Source: Candidatus Poribacteria bacterium
Lineage (GTDB): Bacteria; Poribacteria; WGA-4E; WGA-3G
Direction: 5' to 3' (one strand)
Assembly (NCBI GenBank): GCA_963664215.1
Contig: OY761015.1
Length of the DNA stretch: 64,000 nucleotides
Numbering within the stretch: position 1 is the first letter of the stretch; each line of letters starts with the position of its first letter. A model generated the notes under the pieces. The model saw nothing but the letters and a program-made list of their open reading frames with translations, made no database searches and was not told the DNA's origin. A program made the translations under genes and the position numbers. Positions 37,710 through 47,701 of the stretch are shown here, piece by piece.

Positions 37710-37752
37710 GCGCCCCTCCTCTGTAGGAGGGAACTCCGATTCCCGACTTTCC
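37710..37752. repeat. REP-like family D copy (CCTCCT-ctgt-AGGAGG hairpin plus CTCCGATTCCCGACT).
   Basis: Matches 23069-23120. Confidence 0.7.
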
Positions 37753-37891
37753 GCAGAAATTCGACAAAAAACTTAAAACTAAATGGTCCTGGTCCGAATT
37801 ACAGGGAAGATTGCGAAAGATGTAGAGGTGTGTTATACTGGAGACGAAACATTTCCGATACTTTTTTATTTTAGCGAGCGTTTACCCTACC

Positions 37892-38611
37892 ATGCACATC
37901 AATACACTCGATTACCCCTTAATCCATATCCCTGCTGGGACGTTCACAATGGGGACGATTCCCACCGGAATGCGGAAGACGGATCCGGAGGAACCGCAAC
38001 GCCGCGTCCTGCTCGATGCCTACGCCATCGGCGCGTACCAGATTACAAATGCACAATACGCACAGTTTGTGGAAGCGACGGGACATCCACAGCCGTTGTT
38101 CTCGACGGAAGAACATCTCAACGCCCCCGATTTTCCTGTCGTCGGGGTGAGTTGGCAGGATGCGACGAATTTTTTGGCGTGGCTCAACGGACTTGAAAAT
38201 GAGGAATATCGTTTGCCGTCAGAGGCGGAGTGGGAGAAAGCGGCACGCGGTACGGACGCTCGGGAGTATCCGTGGGGAGATATATGGGATGCGAGTCGAG
38301 CGAACACATCGGAATCGGGGAATAAGCAATTGGTACCTGTTGGGAGTTATCCTGAAGGTGTGAGTCCTTACGGGTGCTACGATATGGCGGGGAACGCTTA
38401 CGATTGGTGTAGCGACTGGTTTCACATGGAGACGTATAAGTACTCGCCTACGGAGAATCCGTTAGGGGCAAGTGAAGGTCGTCGTAAGGTGATTCGTGGG
38501 GGTTCCTGGATTGCCCGCGGTGAGTTCGCTGCAAGATGCGCCAACCGTGCGGCGTATGAACCCATCCAAGCCATTCATAGCGTCGGTTTTCGGATTGCCA
38601 GAGACCTTTAA
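37892..38611 (+). CDS. Formylglycine-generating enzyme (FGE/SUMF1) family protein.
   Basis: 'GTFTMGT', 'RLPSEAEWEKAARG', 'RGGSWIARGEFAARCANR', 'HSVGFRIARD' are canonical FGE-sulfatase motifs. Confidence 0.8.
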   Translation: MHINTLDYPLIHIPAGTFTMGTIPTGMRKTDPEEPQRRVLLDAYAIGAYQITNAQYAQFVEATGHPQPLFSTEEHLNAPDFPVVGVSWQDATNFLAWLNGLENEEYRLPSEAEWEKAARGTDAREYPWGDIWDASRANTSESGNKQLVPVGSYPEGVSPYGCYDMAGNAYDWCSDWFHMETYKYSPTENPLGASEGRRKVIRGGSWIARGEFAARCANRAAYEPIQAIHSVGFRIARDL

Positions 38612-38687
38612 GTTGAAAAATCTCGCGCTTACAACGTGCAATAAATCGCACGACTATTACATTAAGATTGAGTTTATGTTCCGTAGT

Positions 38688-38726
38688 TCCGTAGGTCGGG
38701 TAGAGCGTCAGCGAAACCCGACATCC
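38688..38726. repeat. REP family C copy: GTAGGTCGGGTAGAGCGTcAGCGAAACCCGAC.
   Basis: Same unit as the array at 49752-50030. Confidence 0.75.
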
Positions 38727-38825
38727 CCAGACTACTACGAACGCGGATGCTTGTAATATTGCTGATTATGGCGTTTAAGCAGATATTTCGGTGATTCTAT
38801 AAAGAACAATTTTCAATCAAGAAGA

Positions 38826-38872
38826 GCCTAAAATCCTGAAAATCCTAAAATCCTGTAAATCCTGATTCAGAC
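38826..38872. repeat. Dispersed repeat AATCCTGAAAATCCTaaAATCCTGTAAATCCTGATTCAGACAA, an internal AATCCTG iteration.
   Basis: Second copy at 217-260. Confidence 0.7.
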
Positions 38873-38904
38873 AATAAATACACCAAATTATATCCGCGAA
38901 ATCC

Positions 38905-40011
38905 GTGATTCAGATGAGTATGCAGAAGAAGAAGTTAGTTGAACACTACCAAGATTTTCGGGACGCGCTGTTAGCGTGGTTCAAAGACTATCAACGCGAT
39001 ATGCCGTGGCGACGCACAGACGATCCCTACCGGATTTGGGTGTCTGAGGTGATGCTCCAACAGACACAGGTCAAGAAGGTCGTCGGATACTATGAGAGAT
39101 TCATTGTTCGGTTCCCAGATGTGCAGCAATTAGCCGCCGCACCGCTACAGGATGTCCTGAAGGTCTGGGAAGGCTTGGGGTATTATGCGAGGGCACGGAA
39201 CTTCCACAAAGCGGCGCAGATCATTGTGAATGAACTCGATGGGCAGATACCCGTGGATTATGCGACCTTTCGGAAGTTACCGGGTGTCGGGGATTATAGT
39301 GCCGCCGCGGTACAAAGTATCGCTTTTGATGCGCCGTATGCGGCTGTAGATGGAAACATCAAACGTGTGTTGGCACGCCTGTTTCTGATGGAGGCACCGA
39401 TTAACGACGCAAAATCAGCGAAGGTATTTCAACGGAAAGCGGACGATCTTTTGGATCCGAACGCACCGGGGTTTTTCAACCAAGCGATGATGGAGTTGGG
39501 AGCAACGGTGTGCCGTCCACAATCGCCGACGTGCCTCGTCTGTCCTGTGAATCCGTTCTGTGAGGCGTTCCATACGGCACGACAGGACGAGTTTCCGTAT
39601 CGGCGCGAGACAAAACCTGTTCCCGAACACCATCTCGCTGTCGGGGTTATCTATAAGGACAACGAGGTTTTACTCACGCAGCGACAATTGGACGGCTTGC
39701 TCGGCGGACTCTGGGAGTTTCCGGGTGGCGAGCTTACTGAGGGTGAGACTGCCGAGACGGCGTGCGTCCGGCACATCGCTGAGGTCGTCAACCTCTCTGT
39801 TGTCAACCCACGGTATCTCACGCGTGTCAGGCATGCATATACGCATTTCAAGGTGGTCGTGGATGTGTTTCAGTGCGATTATCAAGCCGGTGAGGTGGTT
39901 CTGAAGGGTCCGCGGGATGCGAAGTGGGTCGAGATTGCGGCACTGCGGGAGTATCCGCTCCCGCGTGTAACACATAAGTTTTTGGAGAAATTAGTTGAGG
40001 ATGAAGCGTAA
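38905..40011 (+). CDS. mutY: A/G-specific adenine DNA glycosylase MutY with a C-terminal NUDIX-like domain.
   Basis: 'MPWRRTDDPYRIWVSEVMLQQTQV', HhH-GPD, the [4Fe-4S] Cys cluster 'CRPQSPTCLVCPVNPFC', and a C-terminal MutT-like domain. Confidence 0.85.
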   Translation: MIQMSMQKKKLVEHYQDFRDALLAWFKDYQRDMPWRRTDDPYRIWVSEVMLQQTQVKKVVGYYERFIVRFPDVQQLAAAPLQDVLKVWEGLGYYARARNFHKAAQIIVNELDGQIPVDYATFRKLPGVGDYSAAAVQSIAFDAPYAAVDGNIKRVLARLFLMEAPINDAKSAKVFQRKADDLLDPNAPGFFNQAMMELGATVCRPQSPTCLVCPVNPFCEAFHTARQDEFPYRRETKPVPEHHLAVGVIYKDNEVLLTQRQLDGLLGGLWEFPGGELTEGETAETACVRHIAEVVNLSVVNPRYLTRVRHAYTHFKVVVDVFQCDYQAGEVVLKGPRDAKWVEIAALREYPLPRVTHKFLEKLVEDEA

Positions 40012-40021
40012 TTATTGTTTG

Positions 40022-40076
40022 TAGTAGCACAATTTATTGCGCTTTGAAACGTGCGATGAATCGCACTACTACGAAC
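40022..40076. terminator. Long imperfect hairpin downstream of mutY; possible terminator or REP.
   Basis: 'GTAGTAGCACAA...TCGCACTACTAC' inverted repeat. Confidence 0.3.
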
Positions 40077-40319
40077 TTAAGTGCCAATGTCGGATGGGCT
40101 ATTTTAGGTCAGGATCCGGTGCGGTTAAGCAATATTAAGAAATAAATTCGGATTTTCGCGAAGGTCTCGAACCCGTAGGGGGTTTTTGCTTGGGGTTTTT
40201 GCTTGGGTGTTTCTGCGGATTTCCCCAGGGTTCCCCGCCCGCCACCAACGGACAATGTGCCTATTTAATACTCAAAATTACTTAAAACCGCACCTACCGT
40301 TTTTAATTAAGAATAGCCT

Positions 40320-41270
40320 CTAATTCTCTGAACCGAAACGTGCTTCGTATTTCTCCCATACCTCGTCGGGGAGCGGCGTGCTGGCGGCTCTGACGTTCGC
40401 TTCGAGTTGCTCGACGTTCAGACTCCCGATGTTGTTGCCCTGAATCCGGTCTTCTTTCAGGCAGAACTGAAGGGCAAGTTGAAGCAAACTTATTCCTTCT
40501 TCAACACACCATTCCCAAATTGGGTATGCTGCTGCAACATCACCTTCTTTTTTCCAACGTCCCCTTTCAATCTCAGCGTCAAGATCGACACCTGTGAGGA
40601 TACCCCGCAGGATCGACCAGCCGTTCATGACCCCGATGTCGCGTTCAGCGGCGTAAGGGAGGATATCGTCAGCGGCATTCTGCCGGACGAGATTGTAATC
40701 GTTGAAGCAGAGGATGAGATCTACATCGCCTGTTGCCATCGCTTTGAGATGGAAATCGTGGGGACGCATCCCGTAGCCGAGGAAGTGAACGAGTCCGCGT
40801 GCCTTGCATTGGAGCAAGCCGTCGAGCGTGCCGCCCTTCTCCAACGTGGGATCGATCTCGCCTGGGTCGTGGATCAGCATACCGTCGAAATAGTCTATGC
40901 CGAGAAGTTCGAGTTGGTCTTCGAGGTCGGCGATTGCGCGTTCGGCGGAATAATCGGGTCTGCCTTCTCCATAGCCACCCCACTTCGCGGCGGAATGGCA
41001 ACAGAGCCGCCCGGTGATGATGACATCCTCACGCGGGATCTCCTTCAACGCCAGACCGAATTTCCGCATTGAATCCCCATAACAGCGTGCACAATCGAAA
41101 TGGTTCACACCGATGGACACGGAGTGTTTGACAAGCTCGACAGCCGTTTCATCTGAGACGAAGCCGAAGTTGTTGCCAAATCCCTGTGTACCGAACGGGA
41201 TAACTGGGATACTGAGTTCCGTTCTTCCGAGTCGTCGCCTCGGGATTGTGGGAAGATCTTGGTTTGACAT
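40320..41270 (-). CDS. Aldo/keto reductase family oxidoreductase.
   Basis: 'LGRTELSIPVIPFGTQGFGN', 'NHFDCARCYGDS', and AKR catalytic tetrad context. Start at ATG 41268-41270. Confidence 0.8.
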   Translation of the reverse strand: MSNQDLPTIPRRRLGRTELSIPVIPFGTQGFGNNFGFVSDETAVELVKHSVSIGVNHFDCARCYGDSMRKFGLALKEIPREDVIITGRLCCHSAAKWGGYGEGRPDYSAERAIADLEDQLELLGIDYFDGMLIHDPGEIDPTLEKGGTLDGLLQCKARGLVHFLGYGMRPHDFHLKAMATGDVDLILCFNDYNLVRQNAADDILPYAAERDIGVMNGWSILRGILTGVDLDAEIERGRWKKEGDVAAAYPIWEWCVEEGISLLQLALQFCLKEDRIQGNNIGSLNVEQLEANVRAASTPLPDEVWEKYEARFGSEN

Positions 41271-41280
41271 AAAATTCCTC

Positions 41281-41907
41281 TTAATATTTGTCCGAACCCT
41301 CAAGTGGGAGTGGGACTGCCCAGACATTCCGGTACCGGACGTCGTTGCCGTGGTCCTGCAGTTTGAGTGGACCGGGTGTGGCGGCTTCTGAATCAATACT
41401 TCCGACGGTTGCGCCAGCGAGTTGGGCGTTGTTGATAATCACCAAGCCGTTCTGAATGACGGTGATGCGTGGACCTTCAGTCATCTCACCGGCGTCGTTG
41501 AAACGGGGCGCACGGAAGGTGATGTCGTAGGTCTGCCATTCGAGGGGAGGTTTGCAGGCGTTGACAAGCGGTGCGAATTGGTTGTAAATTGCGCCACAAT
41601 CGCCCATGCCGGGGACTTCAATGCCGTAAGAATCCAGAACTTGAACTTCGTACCTGCCTTGAAGGAATACGCCGCTATTGCCTTTCGCCTGTCCGGTCGC
41701 TTCGGGCATATCGGGGCACCGGAATTCGACGTGAACGAAGTGGTCGGTAAAGGTTTCCTTGCTGATGACGTCACCGGCGCGTGGGATGACGAGCATTTCG
41801 CCGCCTTCGACTTTCCAATTCGGCGCGCTGCCGTCGAGGCTTGTCCAGTTGCTGAGGTCTGTACCGTCAAAGAGAACAACTGCGGATTCTGGAGGTGTTT
41901 GTGTCAT
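41281..41907 (-). CDS. DUF1080 (3-keto-disaccharide hydrolase-like, LamG fold) protein.
   Basis: 'LFDGTDLSNWTS', 'WKVEGGEM', 'GNSGVFLQGRYEVQVLDSYG', 'RYRNVW' match the DUF1080 pattern. Confidence 0.75.
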   Translation of the reverse strand: MTQTPPESAVVLFDGTDLSNWTSLDGSAPNWKVEGGEMLVIPRAGDVISKETFTDHFVHVEFRCPDMPEATGQAKGNSGVFLQGRYEVQVLDSYGIEVPGMGDCGAIYNQFAPLVNACKPPLEWQTYDITFRAPRFNDAGEMTEGPRITVIQNGLVIINNAQLAGATVGSIDSEAATPGPLKLQDHGNDVRYRNVWAVPLPLEGSDKY

Positions 41908-42024
41908 GAGTTTTCCTTTCCCATGCTACGCATGAGCAAATTGATGTCGTGTAATGAGAATTTTCCACTATTTTAGCGAAATTCGTTTTTTTGTCAAGTG
42001 AATGGATTGCGCGATTGTGCCGTC

Positions 42025-43647
42025 TTATGGCTGCGATGGAACGGATTGAAGGACCGGAATAACGTAACAGTGAACCATCCGACCGTCAATTACATCCGTT
42101 TCCGCGCGGGGTTCCGGATTTTCGCGGTAATCAAACACGACATAGTAACCTTCAATCGCGCCTTCCGATGTGAGGTATGTGACAAGTTGGTGCTTGCCCG
42201 CTTGGTAATTTCGTTCGCCGCGCCATACCTTCGTTTCGACGATATAGGTTTGCCCGCTGTGCGAAATGATGAGATCGGCTCTGCCCCTGCCGGTTGGGAC
42301 TTCAAGATACATGGCAGCACCAACGACTTTCACAAACTCGTCGAGATAGGCGAAGAGGAGGTATTGCCCTACGAATTCTTGGGGTATGTCTGGGACTTGG
42401 AGGATTCTGAATCCGACACGTGTGATGAAGTCTTTAAAATTTTCAATGAGCCGCTGCATCTGTAGCTGCTCGGTCGGTGCGATATATTCTGAAAAGTCGA
42501 TTGGACCGTCTTCAGGGAAGTATTCGTCCTCAAGTCCATTTATAAGGGGTTTAAGTGCTTGGATAATGCAATGGAGGTAGATAGGATTGAGAATTTGACA
42601 CATTCCATCTTGCCCCTTTGTGAGGATACCATAAGTAGCGAGTTCGCTGATGGTTTCATTGTGGAGGGTAAAATTATAGCTGCTCCCATAGAAAACAATG
42701 TGCATGAGCATCCTTTCAAAGCGTGGGTCTCTGCGGACATTGGTAATGAGATGTTCAATGTTAGTGTTTCTCTCCTCGATGAGTCGTGCGTGCGCTTGTG
42801 AAAAGTGGGCTATCTCAATCGTTTCGCTTTTGGGGATGCCGAGTTCCTCGGTGAGAATCTGCGCGAACCTATTGACGAGGAACGGTTGCCCTGCTGTCTG
42901 TTTATGGATCGTTTCAAGGACTTTGGGTACGAATTGCTGCCCGACCTCATCTGTGTACTGACCGAGGAGTTCACGGACCTGTTCTAAAGTGAAGTTTGGG
43001 AGTGTGAACTCATCCTGTATGTTGAAGGGTGAGATGGATCGATCGTAGTTGAGTTGTGTGATGTCTTTAACCCCTACAATACCGACACTATACGGAGAGC
43101 GGACTTCGCGACCGGTGAGATATATCCGGCGAAGTGAACGAAGAAATCCATTGATGGCATCCTGTGGAATACCGTCGAATTCGTCGATGATAAAGACGAC
43201 CCGTTGGTTTTCGGCGAAGGTGGTAAACCCTTCAAAAAATTCACGCATCGAAATGTGGTTCGTTATCTGTGCAGTCGTCAGAAAGGTGTCCAGTTCTTGG
43301 GAAGGGTGCTCACCGCGTTCCCGGAAGATCTTCCGAATCTCTTTGACAATTTCTTTACACAACGAATGGTAAAAATCGGGGGGTGTTATATCTTCGTATT
43401 CCTCGAAGTTGAGTTGTATTGGAAAGTAGTCTGTTCCTTCAGCTGCAAGTGCCTTGAGCGCGTCTTGAAAGAACGTGGTTTTACCGGTCTGTCGGGGTGC
43501 GAACAAGACGATATATCGTCCCTGCTTAACGCGGTTGATGAAATCGGAAAGCTCCTCACGCCGCGCCACGACGTAATTATCTGTGGAATTGACGGGACCT
43601 TGCGTTCCAAATCGTCTCATGTTTTTCTCCTGCTGTCTTAGGTGCAA
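42025..43647 (-). CDS. AAA-ATPase-like domain plus C-terminal PD-(D/E)xK nuclease-like domain protein.
   Basis: 'RRFGTQGPVNSTDNYVVARREE...IVLFAPRQTGKTTFF' (Walker A). C-terminal 'GRGRADLIISHSGQTYIVETKVW' (PD-D/ExK). Paralog of 61273-62901. Confidence 0.75.
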   Translation of the reverse strand: MHLRQQEKNMRRFGTQGPVNSTDNYVVARREELSDFINRVKQGRYIVLFAPRQTGKTTFFQDALKALAAEGTDYFPIQLNFEEYEDITPPDFYHSLCKEIVKEIRKIFRERGEHPSQELDTFLTTAQITNHISMREFFEGFTTFAENQRVVFIIDEFDGIPQDAINGFLRSLRRIYLTGREVRSPYSVGIVGVKDITQLNYDRSISPFNIQDEFTLPNFTLEQVRELLGQYTDEVGQQFVPKVLETIHKQTAGQPFLVNRFAQILTEELGIPKSETIEIAHFSQAHARLIEERNTNIEHLITNVRRDPRFERMLMHIVFYGSSYNFTLHNETISELATYGILTKGQDGMCQILNPIYLHCIIQALKPLINGLEDEYFPEDGPIDFSEYIAPTEQLQMQRLIENFKDFITRVGFRILQVPDIPQEFVGQYLLFAYLDEFVKVVGAAMYLEVPTGRGRADLIISHSGQTYIVETKVWRGERNYQAGKHQLVTYLTSEGAIEGYYVVFDYRENPEPRAETDVIDGRMVHCYVIPVLQSVPSQP

Positions 43648-43825
43648 AACATTATATCAAGTTTCCGTGTGGAAGTCAATTCGCAATCAGCCATTATCGG
43701 TTAGCGGCACACGGATAAAAATCTTTTCAAAAAAGGAACGGTGTGGTATAATAGAATTGTAATTGGGCGTGTTCAGTGGACGCCCTTGCAATCATACGGA
43801 TACGAGAATTGAGAAACGATACGTT

Positions 43826-44920
43826 ATGCTAAAACCGAAACCCAGCATTGACACGATTCAACCCTATCAGGGTGGTAAACCGATTGAGGAAGTCCGACGC
43901 GAACTCGGCATTACGACTGATATTATCAAACTGGCATCCAACGAAAATCCGTTGGGTCCCTCGCCGTTGGCGATGCAGGCGATCTCAGAGAGCGTTACGC
44001 AGGTACATCTCTATCCTGACGGTAACGCCTATTATCTTAAAGAGGATCTCGCCGAATATGTCGGAATTTCTGCGGAGCATCTGATTTTAGGGAACGGCTC
44101 GAACGATGTGCTACAACTCGTCGCCGAAGCGTATGTCGCTCCCGATGATGAGGTAATTTATGCCGCCGGAGCATTCGTCGTCTATAGCCTCGTGACGAAG
44201 TTATGCAGTGCAAGCGCAGTCGTCGTGCCGATGGTGGAACATACACACGACCTGTCCGCTATGGCAGCCGCGATTACCGATAAAACGAAGGTCATCTTCG
44301 TTGCGAATCCGAACAATCCTACCGGTACGATGGTCACAGCGGATGAGACAGCGGCGTTTATGGAACGGGTGCCTGACGATGTACTGGTCGTTTTCGATGA
44401 AGCCTATTATGAATACGTTGATCGTTCCGACTACCCACAGACGCTTCCTTATGTGCTGGAGGGACGGAACTTCATCATCACTCGTACTTTTTCTAAGATT
44501 TACGGGCTTGCTGGGCTACGCATCGGATACGGCATCGCACCCCCTCCGTTGATTGAGACATTAAATCGGGTGCGCCAACCCTTCAATTGCAGTTTGGTCG
44601 GGCAAGCAGCGGCGCGAGCGGCACTCAAGGATACCGCACACGTTACGGAGAGCCGGGAACAGAACGCCGTGGGTAAAACCTTTCTTTACGACACTTTTGA
44701 CGACATAGGACTCCGTTATGTGGAAACCGAGGGCAATTTCATCATGTTGCATCTCGAACAATCGGGAGCGGATGTCGCCGACGCCCTTCTGAAAGAGGGA
44801 GTCATTGTGCGTCCGATTGCGGGCTACGGTTACCCGAATGCGGTGCGCGTAACGATCGGCACACAACAGGAAAACGAAAAATTCATCAAGGCTTTAAAGG
44901 TATCAAGTGAAAACCATTAA
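43826..44920 (+). CDS. hisC: Histidinol-phosphate aminotransferase.
   Basis: 'IKLASNENPLGPSP', 'YPD', PLP Lys region 'TFSKIYGLAGLRIGYG'. Start at ATG 43826. Confidence 0.8.
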   Translation: MLKPKPSIDTIQPYQGGKPIEEVRRELGITTDIIKLASNENPLGPSPLAMQAISESVTQVHLYPDGNAYYLKEDLAEYVGISAEHLILGNGSNDVLQLVAEAYVAPDDEVIYAAGAFVVYSLVTKLCSASAVVVPMVEHTHDLSAMAAAITDKTKVIFVANPNNPTGTMVTADETAAFMERVPDDVLVVFDEAYYEYVDRSDYPQTLPYVLEGRNFIITRTFSKIYGLAGLRIGYGIAPPPLIETLNRVRQPFNCSLVGQAAARAALKDTAHVTESREQNAVGKTFLYDTFDDIGLRYVETEGNFIMLHLEQSGADVADALLKEGVIVRPIAGYGYPNAVRVTIGTQQENEKFIKALKVSSENH

Positions 44921-44925
44921 AAAAT

Positions 44926-46050
44926 ATGAAAGAACTGCTACAAATCAACAACAAGCGTCCCACGCGAAAAATTACGGTAGGGAACGTCCCGATCGGCGGG
45001 GGTAGTCCTGTCTCCATTCAAACCATGACGACGACGTTGACGCGCGATGTCGATGCCACGTTAGCACAGGTAGAACGGTGTGCGGAGGCGGGTGCGCAGA
45101 TTGTCCGCGTTGCTGTCCCAGAAGAACCCGACGCAAAGGCACTCGGGGCACTTGTAAAGCGCGCGTCCGTTCCGATAGTCTCAGATATCCATTTCAACTA
45201 CCGATACGCCCTCGCCGCTGTAGACGCGGGGGTGGCGAAGGTTCGCATTAATCCGGGGAACATCGGTAATGAAGCGCGGATTGCTGAGGTCCTATCTGCG
45301 GCGAAGGCGGCGAATATCCCGATCCGTATCGGCGTCAACGAAGGGTCGTTGGAAAGGGACCTTTTAGAGAAATATCCGTCCCCAACAGCCGAAGCGTTAG
45401 TAGAGAGTGCGATGCGGCACGTCAAGATATGTGAGGAACACGATTTCAGAGACATCGCCATTTCTGTGAAGTCGAGCGATCCGCTTCGGATGATAGAAGC
45501 GAACCGTCAGTTTGCGGCGCAGGTTCCGTATCCGTTACATCTCGGTGTGACGGAAGCCGGAACACCTCGACGCTCGCACGTCAAATCGACACTCGGCATT
45601 GGCACGTTGTTGTTAGAGGGGATTGGGGACACCATCCGTATCTCGATTACTGGCGACCCGGTTGAGGAGGTCTTGACGGCTAAGGAACTCCTTCGTGCAT
45701 TGGGTATGGCGGAAGACATGTTGGACGTTGTTTCCTGTCCGTTCTGTGGACGTGGCGATCCCGCGGCGGACTATGAGAATATTGTGGCTGTCGCTGAGGA
45801 ACTTTTAGAGAAACACGGCATCAAAATCCCAGTCGCTGTCATGGGGTGTGAAGTCAACGGACCGGGTGAGACACGCAACGCTGAAGTCGGTATCCATTTG
45901 GGTGGCAAGGAGCTTGCGGTTCTGAAGGTTCGCGGTGAACGGGTGCGCACCTTCCGAGGGAAAGACGAGGTCAACCCGGAATTTTTGGCGACTGCGTTGT
46001 TAGAAGCGGCACAACAGTTAGAGGCTTCTCAGACCGATAAATCCATATAG
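44926..46050 (+). CDS. ispG: 4-hydroxy-3-methylbut-2-en-1-yl diphosphate synthase (flavodoxin), IspG/GcpE.
   Basis: 'ITVGNVPIGGGSPVSIQTMTTT', 'RINPGNIG', C-terminal Cys cluster 'CPFCGR...MGCEVNGPGE'. Confidence 0.9.
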   Translation: MKELLQINNKRPTRKITVGNVPIGGGSPVSIQTMTTTLTRDVDATLAQVERCAEAGAQIVRVAVPEEPDAKALGALVKRASVPIVSDIHFNYRYALAAVDAGVAKVRINPGNIGNEARIAEVLSAAKAANIPIRIGVNEGSLERDLLEKYPSPTAEALVESAMRHVKICEEHDFRDIAISVKSSDPLRMIEANRQFAAQVPYPLHLGVTEAGTPRRSHVKSTLGIGTLLLEGIGDTIRISITGDPVEEVLTAKELLRALGMAEDMLDVVSCPFCGRGDPAADYENIVAVAEELLEKHGIKIPVAVMGCEVNGPGETRNAEVGIHLGGKELAVLKVRGERVRTFRGKDEVNPEFLATALLEAAQQLEASQTDKSI

Positions 46051-46056
46051 AGAAAA

Positions 46057-47577
46057 ATGAAGGACTTTTGGCAATATACCCGAAAAGCGATTCGACGGAT
46101 TCCTGTCCAGGTTGGATTGCTCACACTATTTTTCTTGGTTTACCATATATTCCTGTATTACAGCATGCGCGAGAGGTCTATCAATCTCGGTGCGGTGCGG
46201 TTCGAGAGACACATCTTGCCGCTTTATGCGGAACCGAGTTTCGACGTGAGTTGGTGGATATTGCCTGCTATCGCGGTGTGTGCCGTTTTTCTTTATCTTT
46301 GTCACAGATACCTCCTTTCGGGCGCGGACGGTCGTCGATTAATCGGCATAGCGATTGTCTGCTTCCTTGCGATTCATATCAGCGTTGCCCAAATTGATGG
46401 CTACCGAGAGTTGGAACGGGATGGCGAAACGGAACGAATCTTAACGCTTTTAGAGCCGTATACACGGACTTCTTTGGAGTATTACGGCGATGTGCCGAGA
46501 ATTGACGAACTCGGACTCCGCAGGTTTCTACGGGATTATAGCAAACCGGAATTGTTTAATACCCTTTCAGGGCACACACGCACCCATCCGCCGGGGGGTG
46601 TGGTTTTTTTATGGCATGTGAGCGGACTTTTCGGTTACAATCTCGTGTCGGCATCGTTGGTCTCAATTCTCTTTACTGCGCTCACAGTCATACCCATCTA
46701 TCGTCTCGGCGAACATCTCTACGGCGAAAAGGTCGGGCGATACGCACTGCTGCTTTTTCTCATCACCCCGAACTTTGTAATGTTCACCGGCACATCGATG
46801 GACGGTCCCTTCAGTGTTTTCCCGATTCTGAGCGTCTACCTCTTTTATAAAGCACGAGATCAGGAAACAATACCCGACCAGAAGTGGTATGAGTTCCGTC
46901 CGTATAGTTTGTTGACGGGGCTTTCACTTGCGCTCGGCATGTTTATGACGTATTCAACGGTTGTTGTGGGGGTCTTTTTCTGTGTTGTCGCCTTACTCGA
47001 GCGGCGGCGATTCGGGCAGTATCTAAAGGTCTTGCTGTTTGCGACTGTAGGGTTTATCGGGTTTTATCTGTTCCTTTTTGTCCTCACCGGGTTCCGTCCA
47101 ATTGAGGCACTCTGGGCGGCTATCAAGAAAGATGAGATGGGCATGGGGACGGGGTATGAAAGTATTGAGCGCTATTTCCACCTGAGTGTCGCGAACCTGT
47201 TCGCGTTCCTCATCGGCGTGGGATTCCCGATAACGGTCGTCTGGCTTCGGGAAGTGGTAGTGACGGTGAGGGAATGGCGGCAGAATGCTCGCTCGTCTGA
47301 ACAGGAGAGCGGCGAATCTCGGGTCCCTTGGATATTCCGCCATGATGAAGCCTTAGACACGTTTGTTATCGGTTTCCTGATTACCCTTCTCTACTTTACA
47401 TTCTCGACGCTGTTTACGATGGAAGTCGAGCGGATATGGATTTTCATGGTGCCGTTTTTCGTTATTCCGGTCGCGAAACACCTCACGGCGCGTCCGCTGT
47501 CGGATCTCTATTGGGTCGCTGGTATACTCACTGTGCAACTGATCGTGATGGAAGCCCTGCTTTATACGTATTGGTAG
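46057..47577 (+). CDS. Polytopic membrane protein, possible GT-C-type (ArnT/PMT-like) glycosyltransferase.
   Basis: 506 aa with 10 or more TM helices and a large loop. Family assignment tentative. Confidence 0.45.
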   Translation: MKDFWQYTRKAIRRIPVQVGLLTLFFLVYHIFLYYSMRERSINLGAVRFERHILPLYAEPSFDVSWWILPAIAVCAVFLYLCHRYLLSGADGRRLIGIAIVCFLAIHISVAQIDGYRELERDGETERILTLLEPYTRTSLEYYGDVPRIDELGLRRFLRDYSKPELFNTLSGHTRTHPPGGVVFLWHVSGLFGYNLVSASLVSILFTALTVIPIYRLGEHLYGEKVGRYALLLFLITPNFVMFTGTSMDGPFSVFPILSVYLFYKARDQETIPDQKWYEFRPYSLLTGLSLALGMFMTYSTVVVGVFFCVVALLERRRFGQYLKVLLFATVGFIGFYLFLFVLTGFRPIEALWAAIKKDEMGMGTGYESIERYFHLSVANLFAFLIGVGFPITVVWLREVVVTVREWRQNARSSEQESGESRVPWIFRHDEALDTFVIGFLITLLYFTFSTLFTMEVERIWIFMVPFFVIPVAKHLTARPLSDLYWVAGILTVQLIVMEALLYTYW

Positions 47578-47701
47578 GAGAGGGCTGTCGGAGTGTTTTT
47601 GCGGGGGTGTTTCTTCCCCTCCTACACTTCAATAGTGTAATGTTAATTGTAAAACCTACTATAATTATCGGGTCCACTGCTATAAATGAAGGGAAAGATC
47701 C

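Noticed and set aside
37614-38196. ORFs 37614-37874 and 37783-38196 in the intergenic region before the FGE gene.
   Set aside because: They overlap the REP-D hairpin and the FGE gene in other frames. Compositions are Arg/Cys-rich. The FGE frame has all the family motifs.
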